Source: an uncultured bacterium
GTDB taxonomy: Bacteria; Actinomycetota; Acidimicrobiia; Spongiisociales; UBA5794
DNA: 64,000 nucleotides
Direction: 5' to 3'
NCBI GenBank assembly: GCA_963801165.1
Contig: CAWDDT010000003.1
Span: forward strand, 147,350 to 211,349
The position numbers were made by a program, and so were the translations under genes. How positions within the stretch are numbered: position 1 is the first letter of the stretch; each line of letters begins with the position of its first letter. Below, one piece after another: positions 27,086-36,054 of the stretch. The notes under the pieces were generated by a model. That model worked only from the letters and a program-made list of their open reading frames with translations. It was not told the DNA's origin and made no database searches.

Positions 27086-29647
27086 TCATGCATGCCGGGA
27101 AGGTCGATGTCTTGGAGGACGAGTGGAGAAGCTATGGAGATGTGTTGCGCGGCGGCCTAGGCGCGACGAGCGCGCCGCATCCAGCGGTTGTTCGGCTTCT
27201 TCGTAGAGAAGCGCCGCGTTGCGGAGTAGCCGCTCGGCCTCGCTCATATCGCCCCGGCTCTCAGCGATCGTCGCCGACGCCTCGGCTATCGCCGCTTTCC
27301 AGGCTGACCCTTTCCACATCATGGCCGAACGACGAGCCCGCATCAGATGCTCTTCGGCCCGGTCCGGGTATCCGGCGCTCGCCCAGACGTTGGCGAGAGG
27401 AACCTGGATCATGACCTGGCAGAACACACAGGACGTCGGGTCGTCCAGCACCTCGGCAGCTTCCTCCGCCACCGTGACGCCACCGGGTATGTTCGGGGCC
27501 GTGCGAATGAGGGTGCCGTAGATGCGGGGAAGGACGTGCCGGGACATTGTCGACCATCGCCCCTGTCGCAGTGCCCGGCGAGCCAGATCCTCAGCTTCTG
27601 CGCGATTGCCCATGGCCAGCTCCACCTCGGCCAGCCGTTGCAGCGAGTGGGCGGCGCCGGCATCCGCGGTCAGCTCGCCGTAGACGCCGACGGCGTCCTG
27701 CAGGTTGGAGCGGGCTTCATCCAGGCGCCCGGCCAGATAGTCAGCTTCGCCGATCACACAGCTGGCGAAGGCCTCCGCCCGGCGTGCCCCGGTATCTCGC
27801 GCCAGATCGCGGAGTTCGGTGCCCATCCGTGTGATTTCGGTATTTGGCGTCGGGCCATACAACAGGTACTCCGCAACGCAAAGGTGGTTGTCGAAGATGC
27901 TCGATGCGAGCGCCGGGTTGGATCGGGTCGTTTGCAGCTCGCTCCGGACGCGGTCGAACCACTCTCCCCGGTCATGGGCAACCAGGCCCTGGAGCACGAT
28001 GACATCGAGCATCTGGCTGGGAGTGTCCGGGGCCAGAACCAGAGGACGCGCTTGCTCGACGAGTCGAGCGGTTGTCTCGACGTCTCCGCGGAGATAGGAG
28101 AGCATCGCCCGGGCAAGCAAGATGGCGGCGTCTCCTGGATCACCTTCCGCTTCGAGCCCTTCCAATGCTTCGGCCGCGGTTGCTGTGTCGCCCGACAGCA
28201 TGGCCGCCCGGGCCAGCCGGGCGCGCAGCACAGGAAGCTCCCGGGTGGGGGCGACCCGCAATGCCTCTCGGAACGCGGTGACCGCGGCCGGGTCACCTGC
28301 GGCCGTTAGGGACCAGCCCCGGAGCGAGAGCAGCTCGAGCCGGGAATCCGCGGCCGCGTGCTCCAAGCCCTTCTCGGTCCAGAACAGCACGTCGCGATGG
28401 AACCCGGCGCCTGCAGCCTGCTGCGCCGCGGCGACTGCGAACGGGACCACCTCCTCGGGGTGATCGCCTGCCAGAAAGTGACGGCCCACCCGATCCGGCG
28501 CAGCGCCTGCCTCGGCAAGGCGGCGAGCTGTGGTGCTGTGGAGCGCTTGACGCCGGTAGGGCGGGACGAGCTCTCGCAACCTGTCTGCCGTGGCGTGGTC
28601 CCGGAATCGCAGGAGCCCGTCTTCCCCGTCCACGATCAGGCCGGCGGTTAGCCCCAGTTGGAGGATTTTGTCGGATGGCTCACCACGAAGACCGGTCGCG
28701 GCTCGGAACTCCATCAGGTCGAAGCTGTCGCCACCGAGCGCGACGGCCTGGAGCGGCTCCACCAACTCGGAAGGGGCCGACAGATGGGTCCATCCCGGTT
28801 CTGCAGATTCGAGCTCGATCCGGGTGGCAGCAGAGAACCAGGGGAGCCCGGGTCTGTGGGCGACGACCAGGGCCAGCGCGTGGACCGCGGTGAGCCGCTG
28901 AATGTGGGTGATCAGCGCTTGCGTCTCCGCATCGACGTACTCGACCCCTTCGAGGATGATCATGCAGGGATGGGCCGAACAGGCTCCCGCGACGACCTCG
29001 CGCACGGTCAGGAACAGGCGGGGCCGGCTGGAGGGGATGCCGGCTTCGCCGGTTCGGCGCAGCTCGGCCGCGACGGGGTCGGGCAGGGACGGTGCGGCAG
29101 GTCCGAGCCGCGACATGAGAGTATCCAGAGCCCGGAGCACACACCGGAACCGGATCAGGCCGTCGCCGGCACAACTGCTCCGTCCGACCGGTATCCCGGA
29201 TCGCTCGGCAGCCGTATGGATCCGCTCCAGCAACTCAGTCCTCTCTCGGCCATCGGCACCCTCGATCGCCCACGTGCCACCCTCACCCGACGACAAGCGG
29301 CCGACGATGGCGGCAACGATGTCCTTTTCCCCGCGGGGCGCAGCGTTGTCGGAAACCGGAGCGATGAACCTGTAGCCCTTGCGGTGGATCGTCTTGATGA
29401 TGCGCTGGTCGCGCCCGTTGTCGCCGACGGCTTTTCGGGCCGACTTGATCCGGCTCGTCAGCGCCGACTCCGAAACGAACCGGGATCCCCAAACGGTGTC
29501 GAGCAGTTCGGTCTTGGGAACAACCCGATCGCGGTGCTCGATCAGATAGGAAAGGACGTCGAACACCTGTGGTTCCATCTCGACCAGCGTCCCGGAGCAC
29601 CGCAGTTCCCTCTTGTCGGTATCCAGCTGGCACTCCCCAAAACGCAT
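27086..29647 (-). CDS. Large regulator: OmpR/CadC-type winged helix, degenerate AAA/STAND domain, TPR-like repeats
   Basis: EPQVFDVLSYLIEHRDRVVPKTELLDTVW...IKTIHRKGYRF; FRDH...RRQALH helical region. Confidence 0.85.
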   Translation of the reverse strand: MRFGECQLDTDKRELRCSGTLVEMEPQVFDVLSYLIEHRDRVVPKTELLDTVWGSRFVSESALTSRIKSARKAVGDNGRDQRIIKTIHRKGYRFIAPVSDNAAPRGEKDIVAAIVGRLSSGEGGTWAIEGADGRERTELLERIHTAAERSGIPVGRSSCAGDGLIRFRCVLRALDTLMSRLGPAAPSLPDPVAAELRRTGEAGIPSSRPRLFLTVREVVAGACSAHPCMIILEGVEYVDAETQALITHIQRLTAVHALALVVAHRPGLPWFSAATRIELESAEPGWTHLSAPSELVEPLQAVALGGDSFDLMEFRAATGLRGEPSDKILQLGLTAGLIVDGEDGLLRFRDHATADRLRELVPPYRRQALHSTTARRLAEAGAAPDRVGRHFLAGDHPEEVVPFAVAAAQQAAGAGFHRDVLFWTEKGLEHAAADSRLELLSLRGWSLTAAGDPAAVTAFREALRVAPTRELPVLRARLARAAMLSGDTATAAEALEGLEAEGDPGDAAILLARAMLSYLRGDVETTARLVEQARPLVLAPDTPSQMLDVIVLQGLVAHDRGEWFDRVRSELQTTRSNPALASSIFDNHLCVAEYLLYGPTPNTEITRMGTELRDLARDTGARRAEAFASCVIGEADYLAGRLDEARSNLQDAVGVYGELTADAGAAHSLQRLAEVELAMGNRAEAEDLARRALRQGRWSTMSRHVLPRIYGTLIRTAPNIPGGVTVAEEAAEVLDDPTSCVFCQVMIQVPLANVWASAGYPDRAEEHLMRARRSAMMWKGSAWKAAIAEASATIAESRGDMSEAERLLRNAALLYEEAEQPLDAARSSRLGRRATHLHSFSTRPPRHRPSRHA

Positions 29648-29723
29648 GAACTCAACCTACTCCCGGGTGACGCGAGCCGGGTTCGGAGGCGACGACTCGA
29701 CGATCAGCAGCGCGCCGGGCGAG

Positions 29724-29767
29724 TTGGCCGGCGCCACATCCGGGGGATACAATCGATCAACGATTAT
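29724..29767 (+). promoter_or_regulatory. Promoter TTGGCC-18-TACAAT with a degenerate regulon operator copy
   Basis: CAATCGATCAACGATTAT (29750-29767) matches the consensus at 13/18 positions, just before the VOC/Mo-enzyme operon. Confidence 0.45.
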
Positions 29768-29772
29768 CCGGG

Positions 29773-30174
29773 ATGACGCATATGGGGAGCACCTTCCACC
29801 ACGTCCACATCAAGTCGAGGGATCCACGGGGAAGCGCCCGGTGGTGGCACGACATGTTCGGCGCGACGATCCTTCCCGAAGCCGGGTTCGGCACGATGTT
29901 GTTTGTTCCCATCGTCCTCGACGGTGTCCGGATCAATATCACCGGGCACGGTCCGGAGGAAGTTGCCGGGATGGCAGAACCACAGCCCATCCCATATTTC
30001 GGGCTGGAGCACATCGGCGTCCACGTCGACGACCTCGACGCCGTGCTCGGCCGGTGCACCGACCAGGGTCTACCCATCCTCGAGCGTCGCCCCGGTGCCG
30101 GCGGGTACGAGATCGCCTATGTCACCACACCCGACGGTGTGTGTCTCGAGCTGCTCTCCGGCGGTCCGACCTGA
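29773..30174 (+). CDS. VOC/glyoxalase-family protein
   Basis: FHHVHIKS, GLEHIGVHVDDLD, PDGVCLELL. Confidence 0.88.
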   Translation: MTHMGSTFHHVHIKSRDPRGSARWWHDMFGATILPEAGFGTMLFVPIVLDGVRINITGHGPEEVAGMAEPQPIPYFGLEHIGVHVDDLDAVLGRCTDQGLPILERRPGAGGYEIAYVTTPDGVCLELLSGGPT

Positions 30175-30193
30175 TGCCGGCGGCGGCGCAGCG

Positions 30194-31084
30194 ATGAAGC
30201 GTTTGCGGAGTTTCGATTACCACGAGCCGGGTTCTCTCCAGGGTGCTATCGAGGCTCTGGTCAGCTCGGGAGCCGATGCGAGGGTGCTTGCCGGGGGAAC
30301 CGATCTTCTCGTCGACATCAAGACGGACCGGGTCCGGGTCGGCACGGTCGTCAATCTCAAGCGAATCAACGGTCTCGAAGGCATCGAGACAGTACCGGGC
30401 GGGACCCGGATCGGAGCCCTGACGAGAGTCACGACCGTCGAGCATTCCGGGTTGGTCGGCCGGCTCTACCCTGGACTGGCCGAAGCTGCCTCGGTGCTGG
30501 CGTCGCCGCAGATCCGGGCCCTGGCCACCATCGGTGGCAACGTAGGCAGGGCCTCGCCTGCGTCCGATCTCGGGCCGGCGCTCATCGTGCACGAGGCGGC
30601 GGCCGAAATCGCCGGACCTGACGGTGCCCGCATGCAGGCAGTAGAGGATCTCTACACCGGCCCCGGAACGACAAACCTGGCGCCGGCTGAGATCATCGCC
30701 TCTTTCTTGATCCCGAATCCCCGAGAACGGTTTGGATCCGCCCACGTGAAACTGGGCAAGCGAGGCAGCGGCACCGACATTGCCATCGCCGCGGTCTCCG
30801 CGGCGTGCACCCTGGGTGCCGACGGCCTGGTCGAGAGGTGCCGGGTTGCCCTCGCCTCCCTGGCCCCGAAACCGGTGCGAGCACCCTCGGTCGAGGCAGC
30901 GCTCCTCGGCTGCCGCGGCGGCGACGATGCCCTTGCCCGGGCGGCTGCTGCGGTGCGCGATGACATCTCGCCCATCGACGATGTCCGCGCCTCCGCCGGG
31001 TACCGCACCCATGTTGCACGGGTGCTGACGATGGCGGCGCTGCGGCGAGCATGCGCCATCGCCGGGGGTGGAGGCATCGCATGA
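30194..31084 (+). CDS. Xanthine-dehydrogenase-family FAD-binding subunit (enzyme 1)
   Basis: LAGGTDL, QIRALATIGGN, ASPASD, PIDDVRASAGYR. Confidence 0.92.
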   Translation: MKRLRSFDYHEPGSLQGAIEALVSSGADARVLAGGTDLLVDIKTDRVRVGTVVNLKRINGLEGIETVPGGTRIGALTRVTTVEHSGLVGRLYPGLAEAASVLASPQIRALATIGGNVGRASPASDLGPALIVHEAAAEIAGPDGARMQAVEDLYTGPGTTNLAPAEIIASFLIPNPRERFGSAHVKLGKRGSGTDIAIAAVSAACTLGADGLVERCRVALASLAPKPVRAPSVEAALLGCRGGDDALARAAAAVRDDISPIDDVRASAGYRTHVARVLTMAALRRACAIAGGGGIA

Positions 31085-31548
31085 CGTTGCGATTGAAGAT
31101 CCGGGTCAACGATGCAATGCGAGATGTCGAGGTGGTGCCGGCCACGACACTGCTCGAGGCGCTCCGCGATGACCTGTTCCTCACCGGCGTCAAGGAGGGT
31201 TGCGGCGTCGGTGAATGTGGGACCTGTGTGGTGCTCGTCGACGGCGAGGCGGTGATGTCGTGTCTCGTGCTGGCCGCGGACGCGGTCGGTCACGAGATCG
31301 TGACGGTGGAGGGTCTCGCCATCGACGGCGAGCTAAGCCCCGTGCAGCGTGAGTTCGTCGCGGCGGGTGCGTTGCAGTGCGGATTCTGCACGCCGGCCAT
31401 GGTGCTGACCGCAACGGCGCTGCTGCGCCATGATCCGCATCCAACCCCCGCTGCGATCAAGAATGCGCTCGGCGGGGTGTTGTGCCGGTGCGGGGCGTAT
31501 CCCAAGATCATCGAGGCCGTGGTGGCCGCCTCCGGGGAGGAATCATGA
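31081..31548 (+). CDS. Xanthine-dehydrogenase-family 2x[2Fe-2S] subunit (enzyme 1)
   Basis: GCGVGECGTC...SC, QCGFC, LCRC. Confidence 0.95.
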   Translation: MTLRLKIRVNDAMRDVEVVPATTLLEALRDDLFLTGVKEGCGVGECGTCVVLVDGEAVMSCLVLAADAVGHEIVTVEGLAIDGELSPVQREFVAAGALQCGFCTPAMVLTATALLRHDPHPTPAAIKNALGGVLCRCGAYPKIIEAVVAASGEES

Positions 31549-33848
31549 CGACCTACGTCGGCGCCCGGGTACCCCGCCTCGATTCCACGGCAAAAGTCAC
31601 CGGGCGAGCGGTCTACGGGGTGGACGTGACGCTTCCCGGCATGCTCCACGGAGCTGTGGTGCGCAGCCCGTATCCACACGCCCGCATCGTTTCCATCTCC
31701 ACCGGGGAGGCCGAGAACTTCCCCGGTGTCGAAGCGGTGGTCACCGGGAGGGATTTTCCCCACTTGCACGGCTCGGCGATCCAGGATCAGCCCTATCTCG
31801 CCATCGACCGGGTTCGCCACGCCGGGGAGCCAGTGGTGGCGGTGGCGGCGACGACTGAGCATGCGGCTCAGGAAGCAGCCCGGCTGGTGCGGGTCGAGTA
31901 CGAGGAGCTTCCCGCCCTCCTCGACATGAGGGAGGCGCTGGCAGACACCGCCCCGCTTGTCCATCCCGAGCTCCACAGTTACAGCCGGGGCTCGCACGAG
32001 ATCGTCCCCCATACCAACATCAACACGCTGTACCGTCTCGCCAAGGGAGACGTCGTGGCCGGGTTCGCAGCCGCCGACCTGATCGTCGAAGGCGAATACA
32101 CGGCCAATGCTCTCAGCCACGCCGCACTCGAGGTCCATGTCGCCGTTGCCCGGTACGAGCCGGACACGGCGGGCTACACGCTTTGGGTATCCACGGATCG
32201 CCCGTTTTTCCTGCGCGACGAGATCGCAAGCAGCCTCGGGCTCGACAGCACCGACGTCCGGCTGATCGTGGCCGCGGTCGGCGGATCGTTCGGTGGCAAG
32301 GGCATCCCGATCGCAGAAGCGATCGCCATTGCGCTCGCCCGGCACGCGGGAGGGCGACCGGTGCGCGTCGAGCTGTCCCGGGAGGAGGACCTGGTCGCCT
32401 CCCAGCATCGGGTTCCGGCAATCATGAAGCTAAAGACCGGTGTCACGCGGGGCGGAATGCTGACCGCCCGCAGTGCCGAGATCATCTGGGACAGCGGGGC
32501 ATACACGGCGTACACGGTGGGGGTCGCCATCCGGGGCTCGCAGACGATCGTCGGGCCTTACCGCATTCCGAACGTCGAGCTTCTCTCCCGCCAGGTGTAC
32601 ACCAACAGGCCGGTCACCGGGTCCTACCGGGGTTACGGGACAACGCAGGTCACCTGGGCCTGCGAGTCTCACATGGATGAGATCGCCGACCTTCTCGAGA
32701 TGGATCCCGTCGAGTTCCGCCTGGCCAACGCCTACGAGGAGGGCGACCCCTATCTCAACGGTCAGGTCATGCACGGCGTTGGAGTCCGCGAGACGATCGA
32801 ACGTGCCAGCGCCGGCATCGGGTGGGGGAGTGGCGAGCGAAGTCCGGCGCCGCATCGGCGACGGGGTAAGGGCATCGCAACGATGCTCAAACCGACAATG
32901 ACCCCATCCAGCTCGAACTGCGTGATCAATGTCGAAGCCGACGGGCGCGTGGTGGTTGTCGCGGCGGCGCCGGAGATCGGGGCGGGTCAAGACACGGTTC
33001 TGGCGCAGATGGCCGCGGACGCCATCGGCGTCCCGCTGGAGTCAGTGGTCGTACCCGCAACCGACACCGCACTGTCCCCATACAACGGGCCGGTTGCGTC
33101 GAGCCGCACCACCTACCACATGGGCAATGCGATCCTCGCTGCCGGAGCGGACATTCGTGATCAGATCCTCGAGCTCGCGGCCACGACCCTGGAGGTCGAC
33201 CCGACCGACCTTGATCTCAACGACGGCATTGTCTACGACGGGGCGGGCACCCGCGTCATGACTCTGCGGGAGCTTTTGGCGCGCCACGCAGGTGCGGGAC
33301 TGTCGTTGACAGCCGGGGCACGCTTCTCGACCGAGGGTTCTCCGCTGCTGAAGGCGGACCCCGGCGTCGAGTGGATCAGCAGCATCTTCTGGATGTTCTG
33401 TACCCAGGCCGTCGAGATCGAAGTCGACACTCAAACCGGTGTCATCGAGGTGCTGAACGTCGCCGCAGCAGCCGATGTCGGCAGGGCCATTAACCCGATG
33501 ACCTGCGAGCAACAGATCGAGGGGGGTGTGATCATGGGGCTGTCCAATGCCCTCTTCGAAGGCTTTGTGATGCGAGATGGGCGAATCATCAACGGGAGCT
33601 TTGCCGACTACAAGGTGGCGACCATCCACGATCTCCCCGTGATAACTCCGATTCTTGTCGAGTCGATGCACCGGGAGGCGCCGTTTGGCGCCAAGGGCAT
33701 CGGCGAGCCTGCCGCAGCAGCAACCCCTCCAGCCATCGCCAACGCGCTCTACGACGCGGTCGGGATTCGCATTCGAGATCTACCGATAACACCAGAGAAG
33801 GTCGTGACTGCGCTTGCCGGGTTGCCGCACACTGGAGACGACGGCTGA
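31545..33848 (+). CDS. Xanthine-dehydrogenase-family molybdopterin-binding subunit (enzyme 1)
   Basis: KVTGRAVY, GGSFGGK, SYRGYG, EIGAG, QIEGG, GAKGIGE. Confidence 0.93.
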   Translation: MTTYVGARVPRLDSTAKVTGRAVYGVDVTLPGMLHGAVVRSPYPHARIVSISTGEAENFPGVEAVVTGRDFPHLHGSAIQDQPYLAIDRVRHAGEPVVAVAATTEHAAQEAARLVRVEYEELPALLDMREALADTAPLVHPELHSYSRGSHEIVPHTNINTLYRLAKGDVVAGFAAADLIVEGEYTANALSHAALEVHVAVARYEPDTAGYTLWVSTDRPFFLRDEIASSLGLDSTDVRLIVAAVGGSFGGKGIPIAEAIAIALARHAGGRPVRVELSREEDLVASQHRVPAIMKLKTGVTRGGMLTARSAEIIWDSGAYTAYTVGVAIRGSQTIVGPYRIPNVELLSRQVYTNRPVTGSYRGYGTTQVTWACESHMDEIADLLEMDPVEFRLANAYEEGDPYLNGQVMHGVGVRETIERASAGIGWGSGERSPAPHRRRGKGIATMLKPTMTPSSSNCVINVEADGRVVVVAAAPEIGAGQDTVLAQMAADAIGVPLESVVVPATDTALSPYNGPVASSRTTYHMGNAILAAGADIRDQILELAATTLEVDPTDLDLNDGIVYDGAGTRVMTLRELLARHAGAGLSLTAGARFSTEGSPLLKADPGVEWISSIFWMFCTQAVEIEVDTQTGVIEVLNVAAAADVGRAINPMTCEQQIEGGVIMGLSNALFEGFVMRDGRIINGSFADYKVATIHDLPVITPILVESMHREAPFGAKGIGEPAAAATPPAIANALYDAVGIRIRDLPITPEKVVTALAGLPHTGDDG

Positions 33849-33902
33849 CGTGTGCCGGGCCGACGCCTCCATCGCGGGCTCTCCCCACCTCCCATTTTGG
33901 AG

Positions 33903-33956
33903 TTGACGCGACCATGTCGAAATCCGTAGTGTTATGGGTGATCGATTATCGAGGAT
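33903..33956 (+). promoter_or_regulatory. Promoter TTGACG-18-TAGTGT followed by regulon operator copy 2
   Basis: TGATCGATTATCGAGGAT at 33939-33956, at the predicted transcription start. Confidence 0.78.
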
Positions 33957-34175
33957 CGCCGTGTGCCAACGTCGAGAGTCAACAGATCCACCTGATTCTC
34001 AGGCCTCGAACCTCGTTCCCGCGGCTTTCAGCAAAGCCTGTCTTCACCCCGTATCGCGTGATGGTGGAGGGCACGACAATCCTCGGGTACCCGAGACAAG
34101 GGGGGTTCACTCGTAGTTCTGCGCCCCTGTGGGCCTTCGGACACGCACACGTTGGACAGGAAGGAGATTTGCCGT

Positions 34176-35930
34176 ATGGCAGACACCAGCAAGGTCGTCG
34201 CTCAGTTCTTGGGTGACGAGAGCTTCCCCATCGAGTGGGAAGACGAGAAGGAAAAGGATCTCTTCTGGGTCTATGACGACCTGCATTGCCCGAGGCCCGT
34301 GTCGCCGATGTACTACGACATCGCGGTCTGGACTCTGACGTGCGATCACATGTTCCGCCGCTTTGGCACGCCCTTTGCGTCGGATTGGATCGCCAAGGTC
34401 GTCAACGGCTATCTGTACACGGCCGCCGTTCCCCCGGACCCGGATATGGCTGTACCGGCGGGCGAGTTTGGCAACATGTACTACCCGCGGGTTCCCAGGG
34501 ACGACCCGGCGTACGCCTCCAAGATCGGTGCCTACCTGGGCGCGGTGCTGCCTGTGTACGGCGCCAACTTCCCCGACTGGTGGCATGACCGGCTCGTGCC
34601 CGAGATGAGCAAGAACCTGGCTTATCTCGAGGACAAGATCGACAACTGGGAGGCCATCTCGCTCATGGAGTGGGCTGTGATCCTCGAAGACGCGATCGAC
34701 ATCCTGGATCGTCACTGGAAGATCCACTGGATGCTCAACTTCGCCCAGCTGTCATCGACCCTGGCGCTGCGGGGGGCCCTCGGTGCTGCGCTCGGTGGTG
34801 ACGACAAGGTCACCAAGAAGCACGAGGAGATCCTCGGCCGTCTCCAGAACTCGTCGTCGGACCGCAACTGGGACGCCATTGGTGTTCTCGTTGGTCTCAA
34901 GGACGAGGTCAAGGGCGACCCGACGCTCAAGGAGGCGTTCAGCAACGAGAGCGGCGCTGAGATCCTGGCTGCGCTGCAGGCCACCGATCGGGGCCGGCAA
35001 TTCCTCGACGGCGGGCTCAAGGGCTACCAGCGCGAGTTCGGCTGGCACGCCGTGTGGAGCCACGAGTTCATCTACCCGTCGCGTTTCGAGACGCCGGAGC
35101 CGGTGCTCGACGTGATCAAGGGCTATCTCGACTCCGACTACGACCACAAGGCGATCGTCGCCCGGCTGGCCGAGGACATCAAGAAAGCCTCGGAGGAGCT
35201 CCTCGACGGGATTCCCGACGGCGATGCCAAAGAAACGCTCAGGGGGGCCAACGCGATCAACCTGAGAATCGCTCCGCTCACCCCCGACCATCACTTCTAC
35301 ATCGATCAGGGCACCCACCAGCACGTGCGGGTGGTTCTGCTCCGCATTGGTCAGAAGCTGGTCGACATGGGTGCTCTCACCGAGCCCGATGACACCATCT
35401 ACCTGAAGTACCAGGAGCTGCGTTATCTGATGGGTGACCCGGAGCACTTCGATGCGAAGAGCATCGTCGCCGCACGCCGGGCTCAGCGTGCCGAGGACGA
35501 GAAGATCCGTCCCCCGGACTTCATCGGCACCGCCACCGAAGACCAGCTCCAGTTCCCGTATCTGAATCTGTGGGGCTTCCCCGAGAAGCTGCAGTTCGAT
35601 ACGGAGACCAAGGGCAGGGTCGAGGGTCTCGGCGTGTCTCCCGGCGTGGTCGAAGGCACGGCCAAGGTGGTGGCATCGCCGGCGGAGTTCGACCAGGTCA
35701 AGCACGGCGACATCCTGGTGTGCCAGATGACGAACCCGGCGTGGACCCCGCTGTTTGCCATCATCAGCGGCATCGTCTGTGACGCAGGCGGCATGGTCGC
35801 ACATCCGGCCGTCATGGCTCGTGAGTTCGGTATCCCGGGGGTCACGGGCACGGGTGTGGCCACACGTGAGATCAAGACCGGTGACAAGCTGCGCGTCGAC
35901 GGCACCAACGGCGTGGTCGAGATCCTCTGA
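34176..35930 (+). CDS. PEP-utilising enzyme family protein: substrate domain plus C-terminal phospho-His swivel domain, no ATP-grasp
   Basis: C-terminal GVSPGVVEG...GDILVCQMTNPAWTPLF...GGMVAHPAVMAREFGIPGV...VDGTNG; no N-terminal GGK ATP-grasp motif. Confidence 0.85.
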   Translation: MADTSKVVAQFLGDESFPIEWEDEKEKDLFWVYDDLHCPRPVSPMYYDIAVWTLTCDHMFRRFGTPFASDWIAKVVNGYLYTAAVPPDPDMAVPAGEFGNMYYPRVPRDDPAYASKIGAYLGAVLPVYGANFPDWWHDRLVPEMSKNLAYLEDKIDNWEAISLMEWAVILEDAIDILDRHWKIHWMLNFAQLSSTLALRGALGAALGGDDKVTKKHEEILGRLQNSSSDRNWDAIGVLVGLKDEVKGDPTLKEAFSNESGAEILAALQATDRGRQFLDGGLKGYQREFGWHAVWSHEFIYPSRFETPEPVLDVIKGYLDSDYDHKAIVARLAEDIKKASEELLDGIPDGDAKETLRGANAINLRIAPLTPDHHFYIDQGTHQHVRVVLLRIGQKLVDMGALTEPDDTIYLKYQELRYLMGDPEHFDAKSIVAARRAQRAEDEKIRPPDFIGTATEDQLQFPYLNLWGFPEKLQFDTETKGRVEGLGVSPGVVEGTAKVVASPAEFDQVKHGDILVCQMTNPAWTPLFAIISGIVCDAGGMVAHPAVMAREFGIPGVTGTGVATREIKTGDKLRVDGTNGVVEIL

Positions 35931-35947
35931 GCCCGATCCTCCTCGAG

Positions 35948-35978
35948 CGGCCGGGCCCGCCTCAGGCGGGCCCGGCCG
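35948..35978 (+). terminator. Perfect 14-bp GC hairpin after the PEP-utiliser gene (terminator or mRNA stabiliser)
   Basis: CGGCCGGGCCCGCC-TCA-GGCGGGCCCGGCCG; no strong U-tract. Confidence 0.6.
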
Positions 35979-36054
35979 TCCCGTTGGGGTTTCAGAGGCG
36001 CAGCGAGAGCGACGAGAATGAGGTTGTCTGGTAGGGAACCCGAGGAGTAACGAT

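Noticed and set aside
34176-35930. Rifampin phosphotransferase resistance gene
   Set aside because: It lacks the ATP-grasp domain and lies in a catabolic context under the shared operator.
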